Source: Ramazzottius varieornatus (lineage: Eukaryota > Animalia > Tardigrada). From it: DNA of 64,000 bases. Location of the stretch: assembly GCA_001949185.1 (NCBI GenBank), contig BDGG01000003.1:845577-909576 (forward strand), written 5' to 3'. The notes under the pieces are model-generated. The model had not been told where the DNA came from, searched no databases, and saw only the letters and a list, made by a program, of their open reading frames with translations. Shown here one piece after another: positions 26,476-38,179 of this stretch. Positions within the stretch are counted from its first letter, which is position 1. Every line of letters starts with the position of its first letter. The position numbers were made by a program, and so were the translations under genes.

Positions 26476-27356
26476 TTAGTGGTTTGAGAAGCCTTTACGG
26501 TACCCAGAAGCGAGATCGATCGGTTGCGGTGGATCCGGAAGCGCTACGTAAACGTCCGGAAGTACAGCTTCGAGCTTCTCGGCCAATTCCGCGACCACAG
26601 CCGTCACATTATCATTTGTGAACTGTAGCCGACTGCCGCCTGCCCACCATGAAGGTTCAGTTTTCAGACGAGGAGACACAAAGTCCCCAGGTCCGCTGCC
26701 ACGATATCGATACTCCACGCAAAGATCTAACGGAACTTTGGGCTGAACTTCAGACATTGGCTTGATCTGCAAAGTGTTCCAACACGCTACTATACCAGAT
26801 CATCCAGAAAGTGACACTCGACTTACCGTCTCCCACGTTCCTGTTTGCTGTAGGTTGACATGAATGCGCGTCATGGGGAAAGCTTCAACGAACGTCCGAA
26901 TGAAGAGCTCTGAATGGAAGGTTGCCTCGTTCTCCAATGATGGCCCGACTGCCAGCAGAAACCGAGTCAGTTTTGATGTTCAAAGGAACAGGTGCGTACC
27001 AATGCTTACCGCCGTTCTTCACAACTCACGCTGCACTACTAGAATGCATCGAAGGACCTCGTCGTTCCCTGGTTGACTCTGCAATCAATCGGTAGCAACG
27101 TATACAAAATTTTGCAAGAACCTCGATCCTCACCAGGAAGACAAGACAAAGCCTCCTTAATACATTTTCGTGAATCGCCCTTCCGTACAAACCATCTGAC
27201 ACTGCTCTGGCAGCAGAGAAGGTATAGTTCCTGCGAAAAGCAGCATAAAGAAACGCCCGAGTCGGTCGAGAATGACATCAACTCATTGCGACGTACCTTC
27301 TTCCAATTTCCGTTTCTTCTCCAGAGCTCATCTCTATTCTAATCAACTTGGCCATC
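26476..27356 (-). CDS. Uncharacterised multi-exon protein
   Basis: MAKLIRIEMSSGEETEIGR|gtacgt, further short exons, ...QQTGTWET|gtaagt, last exon IKPMSEVQ...GFSNH*. Confidence 0.4.
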
Positions 27357-28378
27357 CTGAAATCCTTCAACGGTGCCAGCGCCGGTTCAGGCACAGCGTT
27401 CTGGAGGCTACTCTTCTCCATACCTCGGCGAACTTGAGAAACTGCGTCAGGCTGACTACAGACTTGCTTTCCTCCCTCTTCTCGGCCAGTGTCCATCTCG
27501 TCATTTCCCATCTGGTTTCTCGATTCTGGTTCCTGCATCGTGATCGCTTACTCCTACTCCCAGTGATTACGAGACAACAAGAAATCGCGATACCTGTGCG
27601 TGGAAGAAGTTCTTGGTCAAGATTCGGAAAATTGGGAAGAAGAACTCAGCAAACCGACACGACTTGAAAGCACGTGTCGTGCCGTCGTTCTGCAACGACG
27701 TTCTACTGTGACGTCATCCGCTCCTTCGCCAACCTGAAGTTAAGCGTCGTTCGTGATGTTACGATGACTTGCATTTTTGCAACCTACCTCATTTTGCTTG
27801 TAGAACTTTTCTTGTGTGACGTGGTGAAGAAGTGAGGATTATTACTGTTATTAAGGTGAGCTCGTGGTCCGCCTATCCGCCGTCAAAAGCCATCGTCTTC
27901 CGTAAGCAACCAGAGCTGGGATCAGATTCGGCTCGTGCTCTCGCACAGCGGGGCATGTTCTGGTTGACGATAACCTGCTATGGGACTTGCAACGGGAACT
28001 CAGCAGGATTTGTCGACTTCCTGAATGTCGATGGCGGCTGGAATGCACCTTACGGCATTCCGCTAGTAAAGTCAGAAGAAACAAGACCAGTAATGGTAAA
28101 GACTCAATACCGATGCTCAAGTGGAAGTAATCTCCTCGCTGATGGGATATTTTCTACGCTTCACGTTAAGTGATTCACGTCGAAAGGGGAACGTCGAAAC
28201 TGGATCACTGGTCAAACATTGAATGCCGCTCCGGAAACATCGTAGCAAATGGCAGCCCAGTGCGCCGAAAAGTCGTAAGAATACCGAAGTAGAGAGGCAG
28301 CAAGAAAATAAACTGCAACATTGGAATTCGTGACGTGATGTCGTGACGTTCTGTGTGGATGTGCTCTTCGTGTTATCC

Positions 28379-29696
28379 ACTAACGAGGGGATTGGCACTG
28401 TCCTCCCGTTTTGATTCAGAAACTGAGACGGTAGAAAGGTAGAGGAGAGCTTTCTTCATCGACTGAGACAGGCGGAATCGGCGGAAGAAAATCCTGGAAG
28501 ACACAGCAGCAAGCGGAAGTGACGTCAGAATCTGGGCGGTACATGGCTGGTTTATCAGACCGGTTCGATCTGTAACAAAATTTAAGGCAAAAGTATCAAG
28601 GAAGATAAGTTTTACAGAAGTGATATCTTTCGTAAAGGTGATGGAAGCACAAAGGAGCCTTACACCAACCGCATTTGAGAAGCAGAGCGCGCTTACAATT
28701 ATCACGATCACAATGGCCAGTAAATCCGTCAAAACAGTATTCGGTAGGGTTCACATACGCGAAGGACTTGTCAGTGTGTCCTGATAAGTGCCAAGCTTGA
28801 GCATTCAGGTTCTCGAACCTGTGAGAAGTAAACTGTTGGTAGACAAAGAGTGAAGCTTAAGAATTACGTCTCGGTGGTGGACTTGAACCGGCTGATCGTT
28901 CAGAAATATCCAGTTGGAAATCTTTCGGCAGTATCCCTTGTACATGCGGAAACAGAGAACATCAAGTGGCTGGATTTGACCGGTTACTTTGGGCGGAATT
29001 GTCTGCAGCAGCCTCGAGATCATTTTCGGTATGACCATTCAACAGGTTGGTTTCGGCAATGGACTTTTCCGACTCATCGAATGTCGACAAGTTGTTCGGC
29101 ACCTCGTATTGCAAGTCCTCCTCGGTAGCCAAGACTGGACAGCCACCCCGGCTGATACGAGTGTCCCGAAATTCTAAAAGAGCAGAATCAACCCGTATAT
29201 TCCACAGTGGGAACATCACCAGTAATAATTAGTAACTTTGATGAGCGTCTTCAACAACTGATCGGCTGCACTTGGAGTGTCGCTTGACTGGAAGTGCTGT
29301 TCTTATTTCATCTCCATAAGCTTGAGGATGCTCATAGGATTGACGGAATCCATATCGACAGTTGTTCGGGTTATGAAGAAGAAGAAGAAGATGGAAGAAT
29401 GTCTACGGTATACATCAGCAAGCGCCCCGTTGGTGTACACCAGCTGATCTTACGCGATACAGTGCAGTTTAGTCAATCAAGACGCCAATCAACCATAAGG
29501 TAATTAAGCCTCTTGATTAACGGATCAGCCATGTACCGCCCAGAATCTGACGTCACGTCCGCTTGCTGCTGTGCCTTCCAGGATTTTCTTCCGCCGATTC
29601 CGCCTGTCTCAGTCGATGGAGAAAACTCTCCTCTACCTTTCTACCGTCTCAGTTTCTGAATCAAGACGGGAGGACAGTGCCAATCCCCTCGTAAGT
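28379..29696. repeat. ~170-bp inverted duplication (28379-28549 vs 29526-29696) enclosing ~980 bp
   Basis: Near-identical reverse-complement copies, each with GC-box, TGACGTCA, ATG, 25 codons and a GT donor. Confidence 0.9.
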
Positions 29697-29831
29697 TAAG
29701 GAGGTAGGTTTCGTCATACAATATGTAGAAAAGAGAAGCTGTCTGGGCTTTCACTGTTATTCCTCTCTACGGAAAAAATATTATGAATCTATGGTAAACA
29801 GCCTCAGATATTTGTACAAAATAATTTTACT

Positions 29832-30491
29832 TCTCTTTCGACTTCTAGGCGATCCAGAACGTGATGGTCGTGACTTCCAGCTTTGATCGTTCCTGCAAAA
29901 CAAGAAGCACTATAAAGCTTCCATCAACTTGCGCACATGACCGGCCACTGCCACTGACCGTGACAGGATACGCAACAAATGATAATAACGAGCTCCAAGC
30001 ACCCTGATCAACTCACGCAGCCGAGAAGCTTTCAATATCGGCACAATACGCGACCGGAAGTGGAACGTGATAACCACAAAGGCTTGTCCAACGGACAAAG
30101 ATTACCTGTCATCTCCAAGACTCGATCTGCTAGAGTGCTTTTCCCATGATCAACATGGGCAATGATGGAGAAGTTTCTGATTTTTTCTGGAGGGAAGTTC
30201 TGCAGATCGGGAAGTTTAACAGCGTCCGGATCAGCCCAGGAGACATTGTGACAATGCGCTGCCGAAGAAGAAATGCCTCGTCTGCACCTGCAAACAACCG
30301 TCAAGGTCGAGATCGTCAGCTTTCCTGAACGTGCAGTCCCCTTACCGATAGTTCAAGAAGTGCCAGAGCTGGTTGGTTTCCGATCGAGACACTGGGGATA
30401 TTTTTCCGCGGGTGCGGCTTCGGAGAAGTGTTACTGGATGTTTGGTGGGAAGTCGACCGTACAGCACGAAACGAAGGAGTCCCTCCGTCAT
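29832..30491 (-). pseudogene. GUF1: 5' fragment of mitochondrial translation factor GUF1 (LepA/EF4)
   Basis: Exons 30491-30346 (basic transit-peptide-like), 30287-30106 ([27 protein letters not shown]1 P-loop), ~29892-29832 (TIKAGSHDHHVLDRLEVERE). The expected RGITVKAQ and DTPGHVDF exons were not found downstream. Confidence 0.8.
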
Positions 30492-30912
30492 ACGACCCGA
30501 TAGGCTGCTGTCATCGATCCATCGTTGCACCTCTTTCGCATACAGATCCTGGAAACCACAATAACGATGGATCGAAAAGCGAAAGATAAACTAGACTACT
30601 AGAGTGATCCAGTTTTTCCAAGAGTCGGGACGTTCACTCATTCACGTTCTTTCAACCGGAAATGTCCATGTTCACCACTCATGACTCACGAGCTGCTAAA
30701 TCTTACACTGCTTCAAGGGGCGCAGTAGTAGACACTTTGACTGCTTAGTTGATTGACAATCAATACTGGCTGCAGACAAACTGCAACTGCAAGGTTCAAG
30801 CAAATTAAGTTTAACAGCTCATGAGTGCACGTCATGATCTTCCTTCGACTTTCCCAGAGCTTCGAGTCTCCCGACTCCAAGCTCCAAGGTTGTTCCTCTT
30901 TATTTACTGCAC

Positions 30913-32877
30913 ATGTCCCAGATGTTTACTCCACAGCCTTGCAGTCATTGCAGTCATTGCAGTCATTGCAGTTGGCCTGGCATACAACAACAGAGTACTC
31001 CTCGGTATGGACCTGCTGAACCCTCGACATCTTACCTCGCTCCCAGTTCTGCCAAACATCTGCCTCTGGCACCTCCCGTACCTCTGATACACCTACCATC
31101 ACATCCGAAGAAAACGACAGTCATCATCGATGGGAGCAATGTGGCTATGAGGTAATGTGCTGATGGTGTTCATGCCGCGCACCATAAGAGCGGGTTACAT
31201 GAGTTAGTGAGTGCGCGTCATCCGATCGAGACGTTGAAGTGGTCTCTCCTATCTCGCGCGCATTGGCCAAGTGAAACAATGCGTTTTCCCGCCACTTGAA
31301 CGGGAAGATGAGAGTTGCTTTCATTTCAGCCACGGACACCACAAAGTCTTCTCATGGAAGGGTATCGATACATGCGTGAAGTTTTTCCAGCAGAACGGTA
31401 ATCCGACCTACGTAGTGACTCCTCGATGGAGGAAGAGCTGTCATACCCCTGCAGCCAAGGAGGAGAACCTGCGCATCATCGCTGCTCTGGAAGAACAAGG
31501 AATCATGGCGTGGACTCCATCGCGTCAGATTGGCTCACGAATGACTGCGAGCTACGACGATCCATTCATCCTGACGTACGCTCAAAAGACAAACGGGGTT
31601 ATTATTTCCAACGACTACTTTCGAGATGTCTTGAAGAAATGTCCGCAGTTTCGAGAAATCATAGAGGAACGAACCTTGATGTTCACGTTCTTCGAGGATG
31701 CGTAAGTAAACCAATCAACCAATCAAGTGGCTGGCTTACGACGCACGTCACTGCTGTACTGTGGAACATGGTACATACTATCTGTGCAGCCTGCAATGAC
31801 GTCATGCGCCTTTGTTGTCAGTTGGTTGCGTTTTAGCTGACCATTAATTTGTTTCGGCCTGGTCCGGTATGGTTGATGAGTGCGCTGACCGCGGTGTTAT
31901 TGTCCGGTTTGCCGTGTTTGCTCCGTCTACTTAGTTTCATTCTTGTGGCTCTTTACAGGTTCTATCTGCCAGCCGATCAGCAAGGAAAGTATTCAAAAAT
32001 ATCCACAGAAGCATTGTTGAACGGTACAAACGACGGTTGGACCGGAGGGATGATACCACAGGCTCCTCTGGGATCCAGGGACCCAACTTGCTCAAAAACC
32101 AGTCTACCAGCTTTGGATTCAGTTCCCAGTACTTCTTCCGACGTACTGGAACCATACAGAAAATCAAGATCACCTCTGAAACTGAAGGAAAAAAGACTCC
32201 GCAGAATCTCTAAGAAGAAAGCAAAGTTAAACCAATGTAAAGCAGGCACTTCGGAAGATACATTGACGAAGTTGAGCGAAAGTGATACAGGCAGAAGCAA
32301 GAGGAAAATGAAGAAGAAACCGAAAGTGGGACCCTCAGCGGAATCCGCGGTCGAACCCGCAGTGGAAGCCGCGCTGGAGCCCGCGGTGGTACAAGACTGG
32401 GGATCAAGCGTGGACGGCTGGAAAAACCCGTTTTCCGTAAGGCTGGCTTCAAACTTTTCCGTTGTTTCTGGTCAAAAACCCAATAATTATGATGTCGACA
32501 TTCTTTTCCCACAGGTGATGCCCATGTCTGACGCTGCACGGCGTTTCCTCTTAACGACGAAGCCTGAAATAACGACGGCAATCAGTAAGCCTGATGGCTC
32601 CATGGACTGGACATGCGTGCTCTGCCTGAAGAAGTTCCGCGAGGAAACCTTTTTGATGGGACATTTGGACAGCTCCTTGCACATACAACGGCTGAGGGAG
32701 ACTGTCGCCGCGACGGAAAATTTTTTTAGAAACATTGTCGGTAGAGTGGTAGCTGCTGGTACCGGGCTGTTTTCTGTCCACGTGAACAGTCCGGAACCGA
32801 CTAAACTAGCCGAAGAAGACGCAGCACGTGTACCCGATGCAGTAGAACCCGGTGAAGAATCTGCCGACTCAGTCTGA
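30913..32877 (+). CDS. Regnase/Zc3h12a-like NYN (PIN) ribonuclease with a C-terminal C2H2 zinc finger
   Basis: VIIDGSNVAM.HG...FS.KGI, TPSR...SYDD.FIL, GVIISNDYFRD, IEERTLMFTF; WTCVLCLKKF...GHLDSSLH. Exons ~30913-31151, 31330-31700, 31959-32877. Confidence 0.9.
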
Positions 32878-33358
32878 GCTTCCGTTTTCTGGTCAGCGTT
32901 CGGTTCTCGGTTTTCCGCTACAAAAATGAGCAAAATATTATTTTACAGTGTTATTATGTAGCTCTCGAGCGCTGCTCGAATTATATTTGTTCTATTCCCA
33001 ACTCGGCGTGAACTGTGATTCCTCTGGTCACATTGAGCGCGATCGCAAGATATGCGATGTATATTTTATGGTGTACAGTATACTACGAGTTAATGGCTGA
33101 ACCAACTAAAAGATATGAAAGCAGTATTATGGTAGTGAACTTGGATCTGCGAGTCGAGAAGATAGTCACAATACGGCTTGGATGGCAAGCCGAAAGGTCG
33201 CAACCATCTCGCCGTTCCGTGACGTCATATGAATGGTTCACATACCGAAAGGGGCGACATTCAGTCACATTCTCGTTTGGATTTCCATTGCTTCTTCATC
33301 GCTTCTGTTGATTCCTACTCGTTCTGGATATCTCTTCTGTTTCGAGTTGCGAAGCGGG

Positions 33359-35407
33359 ATGTCGGACTACTGGGTTCTCCCCACTCTTCAGCAGCAAGCC
33401 GTGCCTGTTGCAAGTGGATTGACTACTTCAACGAAGAAATCTACCGTATCGAAAAGGTACGGATGCTGCATAAAAGAGTGCCTGCTCCAGCTCCCGCCAG
33501 AACTCGTCAAGCAAACCAAAGATTACTTCGCTCATTTCTCTCCCGGGGATAAAAACATGTTCTTGCTTGGCAAAGTCACCGCGTCGCTGGACTTAGATCA
33601 TCCGGAAAGCGAGCTAACTGGAAAAGGTACGAATTATCAGTTTCGTTTATTCGAACTGTGACATAGAAAGGAATATACGGATTAAAACGAACCGCAGGTT
33701 GAATTACGAGTGGCCCATGACGTAATGCGCGAGTTGATCGATATCAGTTGACTATTTTTCAACCCTATTGCCCCCCATGTTTATCAAAGATTTGCTCGGT
33801 CAAGAATTGTACTGCGTGACCGACCATGTTATGGCATGCCGTTTTACGTTTCGAAAGCGTGGTATACCTTTATGAGTATTCAGCTCGGCGAATTCATTCT
33901 TCTCTTTTCGTCTTTGTGCTCGCAGCTGGAAGGGGCACACCAACGTACTATCATCTCGACAAGAACATCCGCGTCTGCCGCATTGCTTTCGAATCCATTT
34001 TCAGCCTCACACCGAAGCAGATGCGGACCATACGTCAACACCTGATCGACCAACGAGAGGGTCCAGTTCCAGCCCTGAACGCCGACGGTCTACCCTACCA
34101 GAAGCCACTGGGTCCCGCGGCGAAGCCGATTCCCCAGGGACCTCCACCACCACCTCCCGACACTCATGACGAGACGGTGCATGAAATGATTTTGGTGGAT
34201 TACAAAATTCTTTCATTGTGCTGCGAGAAGCACTGTTGGTCGAAGATCCCTTCGGCGCTCATCGCGCTGACCATCGTTCAGATGGGACATCTGACAGAGC
34301 ACGAAAGGGAAATGTACCTCCTGGGCAAAATGAGCTGCTCCATGTCACTGGTACCTGCAACCACCGTGAGCGCCGGTACGATTCGTAGAAGAATAACGGA
34401 AAACGTCTCAAGAATAACAAGAATATTCTCACGCACAAAAAGCTGGAATATAGTTCTTCAGAGTTTCAAAATGTTTCTATTCGAAGGGGGATTACGGGCG
34501 CGGTACGTTGTGGATCGGGATACGACGGTCTGTACGATATGTTTCCAGTACATGCACAATTTGAACGACGAGCAAATCCGAAAGTTGCGCTTTTCCCTCT
34601 TCGAAATCGGCAGTGCGCTGGAACTTCCGGTGGACGAGAAATCGAAGAAACGTACATCGGTGTCTAACGACAGCGTGACTGAGATCGATCCTGCCGCGGA
34701 CAGTGAGAGACCAGCGAAAAAGACCCGGAAACCCAGAGACGACCTGGAATGCTGCAACAAACATTGCCTGAAGAAGATCCCGAGCGATGTCGTGAGGGCG
34801 ATCAGGACTCAGACGAGGCAGTTAAGCAGCAAAGACCGGCACATGTTTCTGCTGGGAAAGCTTTCGGGATCGGTCAGCTTGGTTAACGCTGCAAATTGTG
34901 AACATACAGCGGAGAAAGCCAAACCATGTAAGCAATCAAAATAACTGAGTCAGATCGCTGCCATTGTAGAATGCTGGTAGTGTGCACCACGTGCGAAAAC
35001 AATCTAGTTCAGTTCATTTGCCCACGTTGCATTAATGTTTCTCACGGCGCTTTTCTCTTGTAGTTCTAAAGAAGAAGAAGCTTCAGCTGGCGAGGAAGAC
35101 AAAATACAAACTGGATAAAGACAACTTTGTTTGCCTGAAAGCTTTCCATTCCCTCTATTCCGCTGGCAAGAATCAGCTAGACATGTTGAAGGACCATTTC
35201 ATGGCGCATGGTATCGAAAGGCTGGTTCACAGACAAACAGGACTACCTGGTAATGCTAAAGGGAAGAAGCATAAGAGAAAAGATAGCGGAACGGGAGATG
35301 GAAACGAGGGAACATTTGTCACCGTTCTCCCTGCTGACGAAACGGACGATGACTCGAGACACCAATCGTTCACTGAAGCGAACTCTTCTATTCTTCACTG
35401 CCTTTAG
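33359..35407 (+). CDS. Protein with three tandem Cys-rich repeats resembling the N-terminal domain of DNA transposases (domesticated-transposon candidate)
   Basis: Three copies of CCxxxC...(M)(F/Y)LLGK...Y.(L/V)D...VC...F. Exons ~33359-33626, 33925-34374, ~34488-34927, 35064-35407. Confidence 0.75.
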
Positions 35408-35715
35408 CTACCTCAAATTCCTTTGGTTCAAAAGCCGAAGGTTGCAGCAAGATATGTTGATTGCAGTCTTTCAGTGTTTTCACTCATTTCCTTCCGAACA
35501 CACGGAATTTCTGTACAGTTCGGTCTCGTGAGTCCACTTGTGAGTCGTGACTGGTTAGTAAGAACAAGATGAAAGTTTGAGGAATAGCTAGCAATAAAGA
35601 CAATTTCAAAGCTCAAAGCAGTCAGTTGGACTCAACAAACAACAGGAAGCCTGAGAACGATGATAACAACAAAAGATACGAAAAATGACAGTATGTACTC
35701 GTACTGTAGATGAGT

Positions 35716-38179
35716 CTAGGGTCGCCACAGGTTAATAAGCCCATCGACACTGTAAGTCGCCATCACGTTTTGGAAAGGATGATGGCACACCCCGATGATC
35801 TCTTTCTCATTTATCGTCAGAGTTCGCTCCAACTGGCCACTGGTACCGTTGAAACAGTACATCACCCCGTCAATTCCCACAGCGTAGATCCATTCTCCTG
35901 CAAAAACAGCAAAAAGCGTGATCGAGAGGAATCGAACCGTTAACCTTCCGGGCTAACACGGACAATTATAGCTACATCACGAAACCAGAGATTGGTGACG
36001 AGTGCAGATGCTCGCTTCGCGCACTGACAGCGGAAGCTCGATTCCCTTATTGATCGCTTTTTAGCCTTTTTCTTTAGTTCAATTGACTGTAATTCAAAAT
36101 CTGTTTCCTTTTATCCACGTACCTCGCGGTGAAACGACCGAGCACGTCAGTTCGCCCTTCTCCCTCTTCCCGGTGGTGATCGTTCTGACAGGTTGTGCCT
36201 GGATATTCATGAAGACCATCGAGTTGGTCCTGTTGCACACGACGAACTGGTCAGGGTTCTTGGGGTTGATGTGGACTGCCAGGACGGGGATGTCCTCGAC
36301 GATACCCACGTTGGGCAGGTAGGGTTTGAAGGTGTGCTGGCACTCGGCCGACTTGGCGGACCATATCCTCACGGCGCCATCAGAACTGGCTGTGATGACA
36401 TGGTTGCCGTCGATCGTGAAATGAGCGTCGTTGACGAAGCTAGAATGACCACGGAATTCTTTCAAGGCCTTCCCAGACTTCATACCGTGTATCCTGAAAA
36501 CAAAAGATGGAGAAGTGCTACTAAGAATTCGCTAGGTTTGGAGCGACCCACGTACTTGGCTGTTAGGTCGTAGGAAGAAGAAAGTATCTGGGTGTTGTCG
36601 CGGGAGAATTCTAAGCTCGTCACGCCCTTTGAATGTGCCGCATCGAGCCTTCGAAGCGTTGTTCCTGTTTGCACCTTCCATATCTACGATGAAAGAAATA
36701 GGCCATAGTTGCCCTACTTACCACTGCATAGAGATACGCCGAACGGAACCAAAACGCGAAGCAGAAAGCTTACTTACGAATATTTTGCCTTTCTCATCGC
36801 CAGTGGCCAGCATTTCCATATCTCGGCTGAACGATACTGCAAGAACCGCGGAGTCCATCATCATAGGTTGATCCTGGAAAAACATCACATGAAGTGATTC
36901 AGTGCATCATGTGAAGGTGCAGCAGGTGGATTTACAGTTGCTTGATATTTGAGATCCTTCCTCAGTTTTCCCGTGAGGTAATTCCATATTTCTATTATAC
37001 CGTCGACACTCCCTGTCACGATGGACATGCCATCGGGGGAGAATTTGACACATTCTGCATGAGATTTGCTTCCAAGCTGCAGGGGAAAAATCGACGATTC
37101 CGTAGGCATATGCGGAAGAAAATTACGGTGAGATTTTCTGCGGAGTTGATTGACGAACCTTGATTGTCTTGTACAGCTGCGTCGGGTACGTCTCTTCCTC
37201 CTGTTCGCGCACCGCCGCTTTGCCACGAAAGAGATCGAGCTGGGCACCAGGAGGTAACAGTCCTTGGACTTGCTGCCATTTCAGAGCTTGTCCAAGGAGC
37301 GTGAGGAGACGAGCAGGAGGAACGACAGAGACCTCGCCGGCCAACTGTTGAGCAATGGCTGCACGCCGCTTATCTTTTCCTCCGCCGTCGACGTATACCT
37401 GGAACATCATGAATACAAGCGTGCTGATACGCTAGGTACCTTTAAACGAGCTTCACACTTCTTTTGGGTCGAAATAGTTGCGTCCGAGGACGTTTTCCAT
37501 TCGCATGTACCGTTCAGGATCGACGTCTTTCAACTTCTGCATCGGCTCTGTCTGACGAAGTAGAGATCGTGCTGCCCCAAGCTCTCGCATTTCTATCAAC
37601 TCTATCACGATCTGAAAGGCCCAGAAGGTAGGATGAATGCGTACGGAGCACAAAACAGCAATCGAGTCAATTTTACCGGCATCTACACACAGGTTAACCA
37701 TGGTAGCTACACAGCGCACTGTATGCAGGTGATTGATGTACGCTTACCTGCTCATAGAGATCCATCAACTTTTTGTCCGGTAATTTCAGCGGCTGGACGA
37801 CTCTCAGAACAGTATCCCAATGGCCCTGGTGGATCTCTTGAACGAATGATTCGATACTTTCCACCGTGTTGAGGCTGATTGTCGTCTCATCCTTCGAAGG
37901 CAAAACATGAAGACAGATATTGTTCGACATCGCGCATCGAACACCGTCAAATTCGGGAAATATGCGCGAACGAAGCAGGGAAAAGACGCCAACAATCAAC
38001 AATCAACGGACGGCTGAATGGTTTACCTGTAAAGTTTGATAAGCGCGCATCAAGTTGTTCTCCTTGAGAAACTGGAGGATCAACCGCACCACACTGCAAA
38101 AACAAGGTCAGAGTCAGAAACAGAACGTCTCGACTATCTGTTTCTCCACTTACTCTGCAGATTCGATTTCCTGCGACAT
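35716..38179 (-). CDS. SMU1: WD40-repeat splicing factor SMU1
   Basis: MSQEIESAD; [12 protein letters not shown]; [25 protein letters not shown]; DLFRGKA; [15 protein letters not shown]; [17 protein letters not shown]; C-terminus [23 protein letters not shown]. Confidence 0.97.

Noticed and set aside
30032-30304. Bacterial lepA acquired by horizontal transfer or contamination
   Set aside because: It has spliceosomal introns and a transit-peptide-like first exon, so it is nuclear GUF1.
31152-31329. Possible further palindrome-family copies here and at ~2224, ~3980-4030, ~11139, ~34980, ~38800
   Set aside because: Only half-sites or wrong spacing; too degenerate to count without an HMM.
35716-35820. 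Suspected frameshift in the SMU1 last exon
   Set aside because: Re-reading gives an intact frame ([17 protein letters not shown]).
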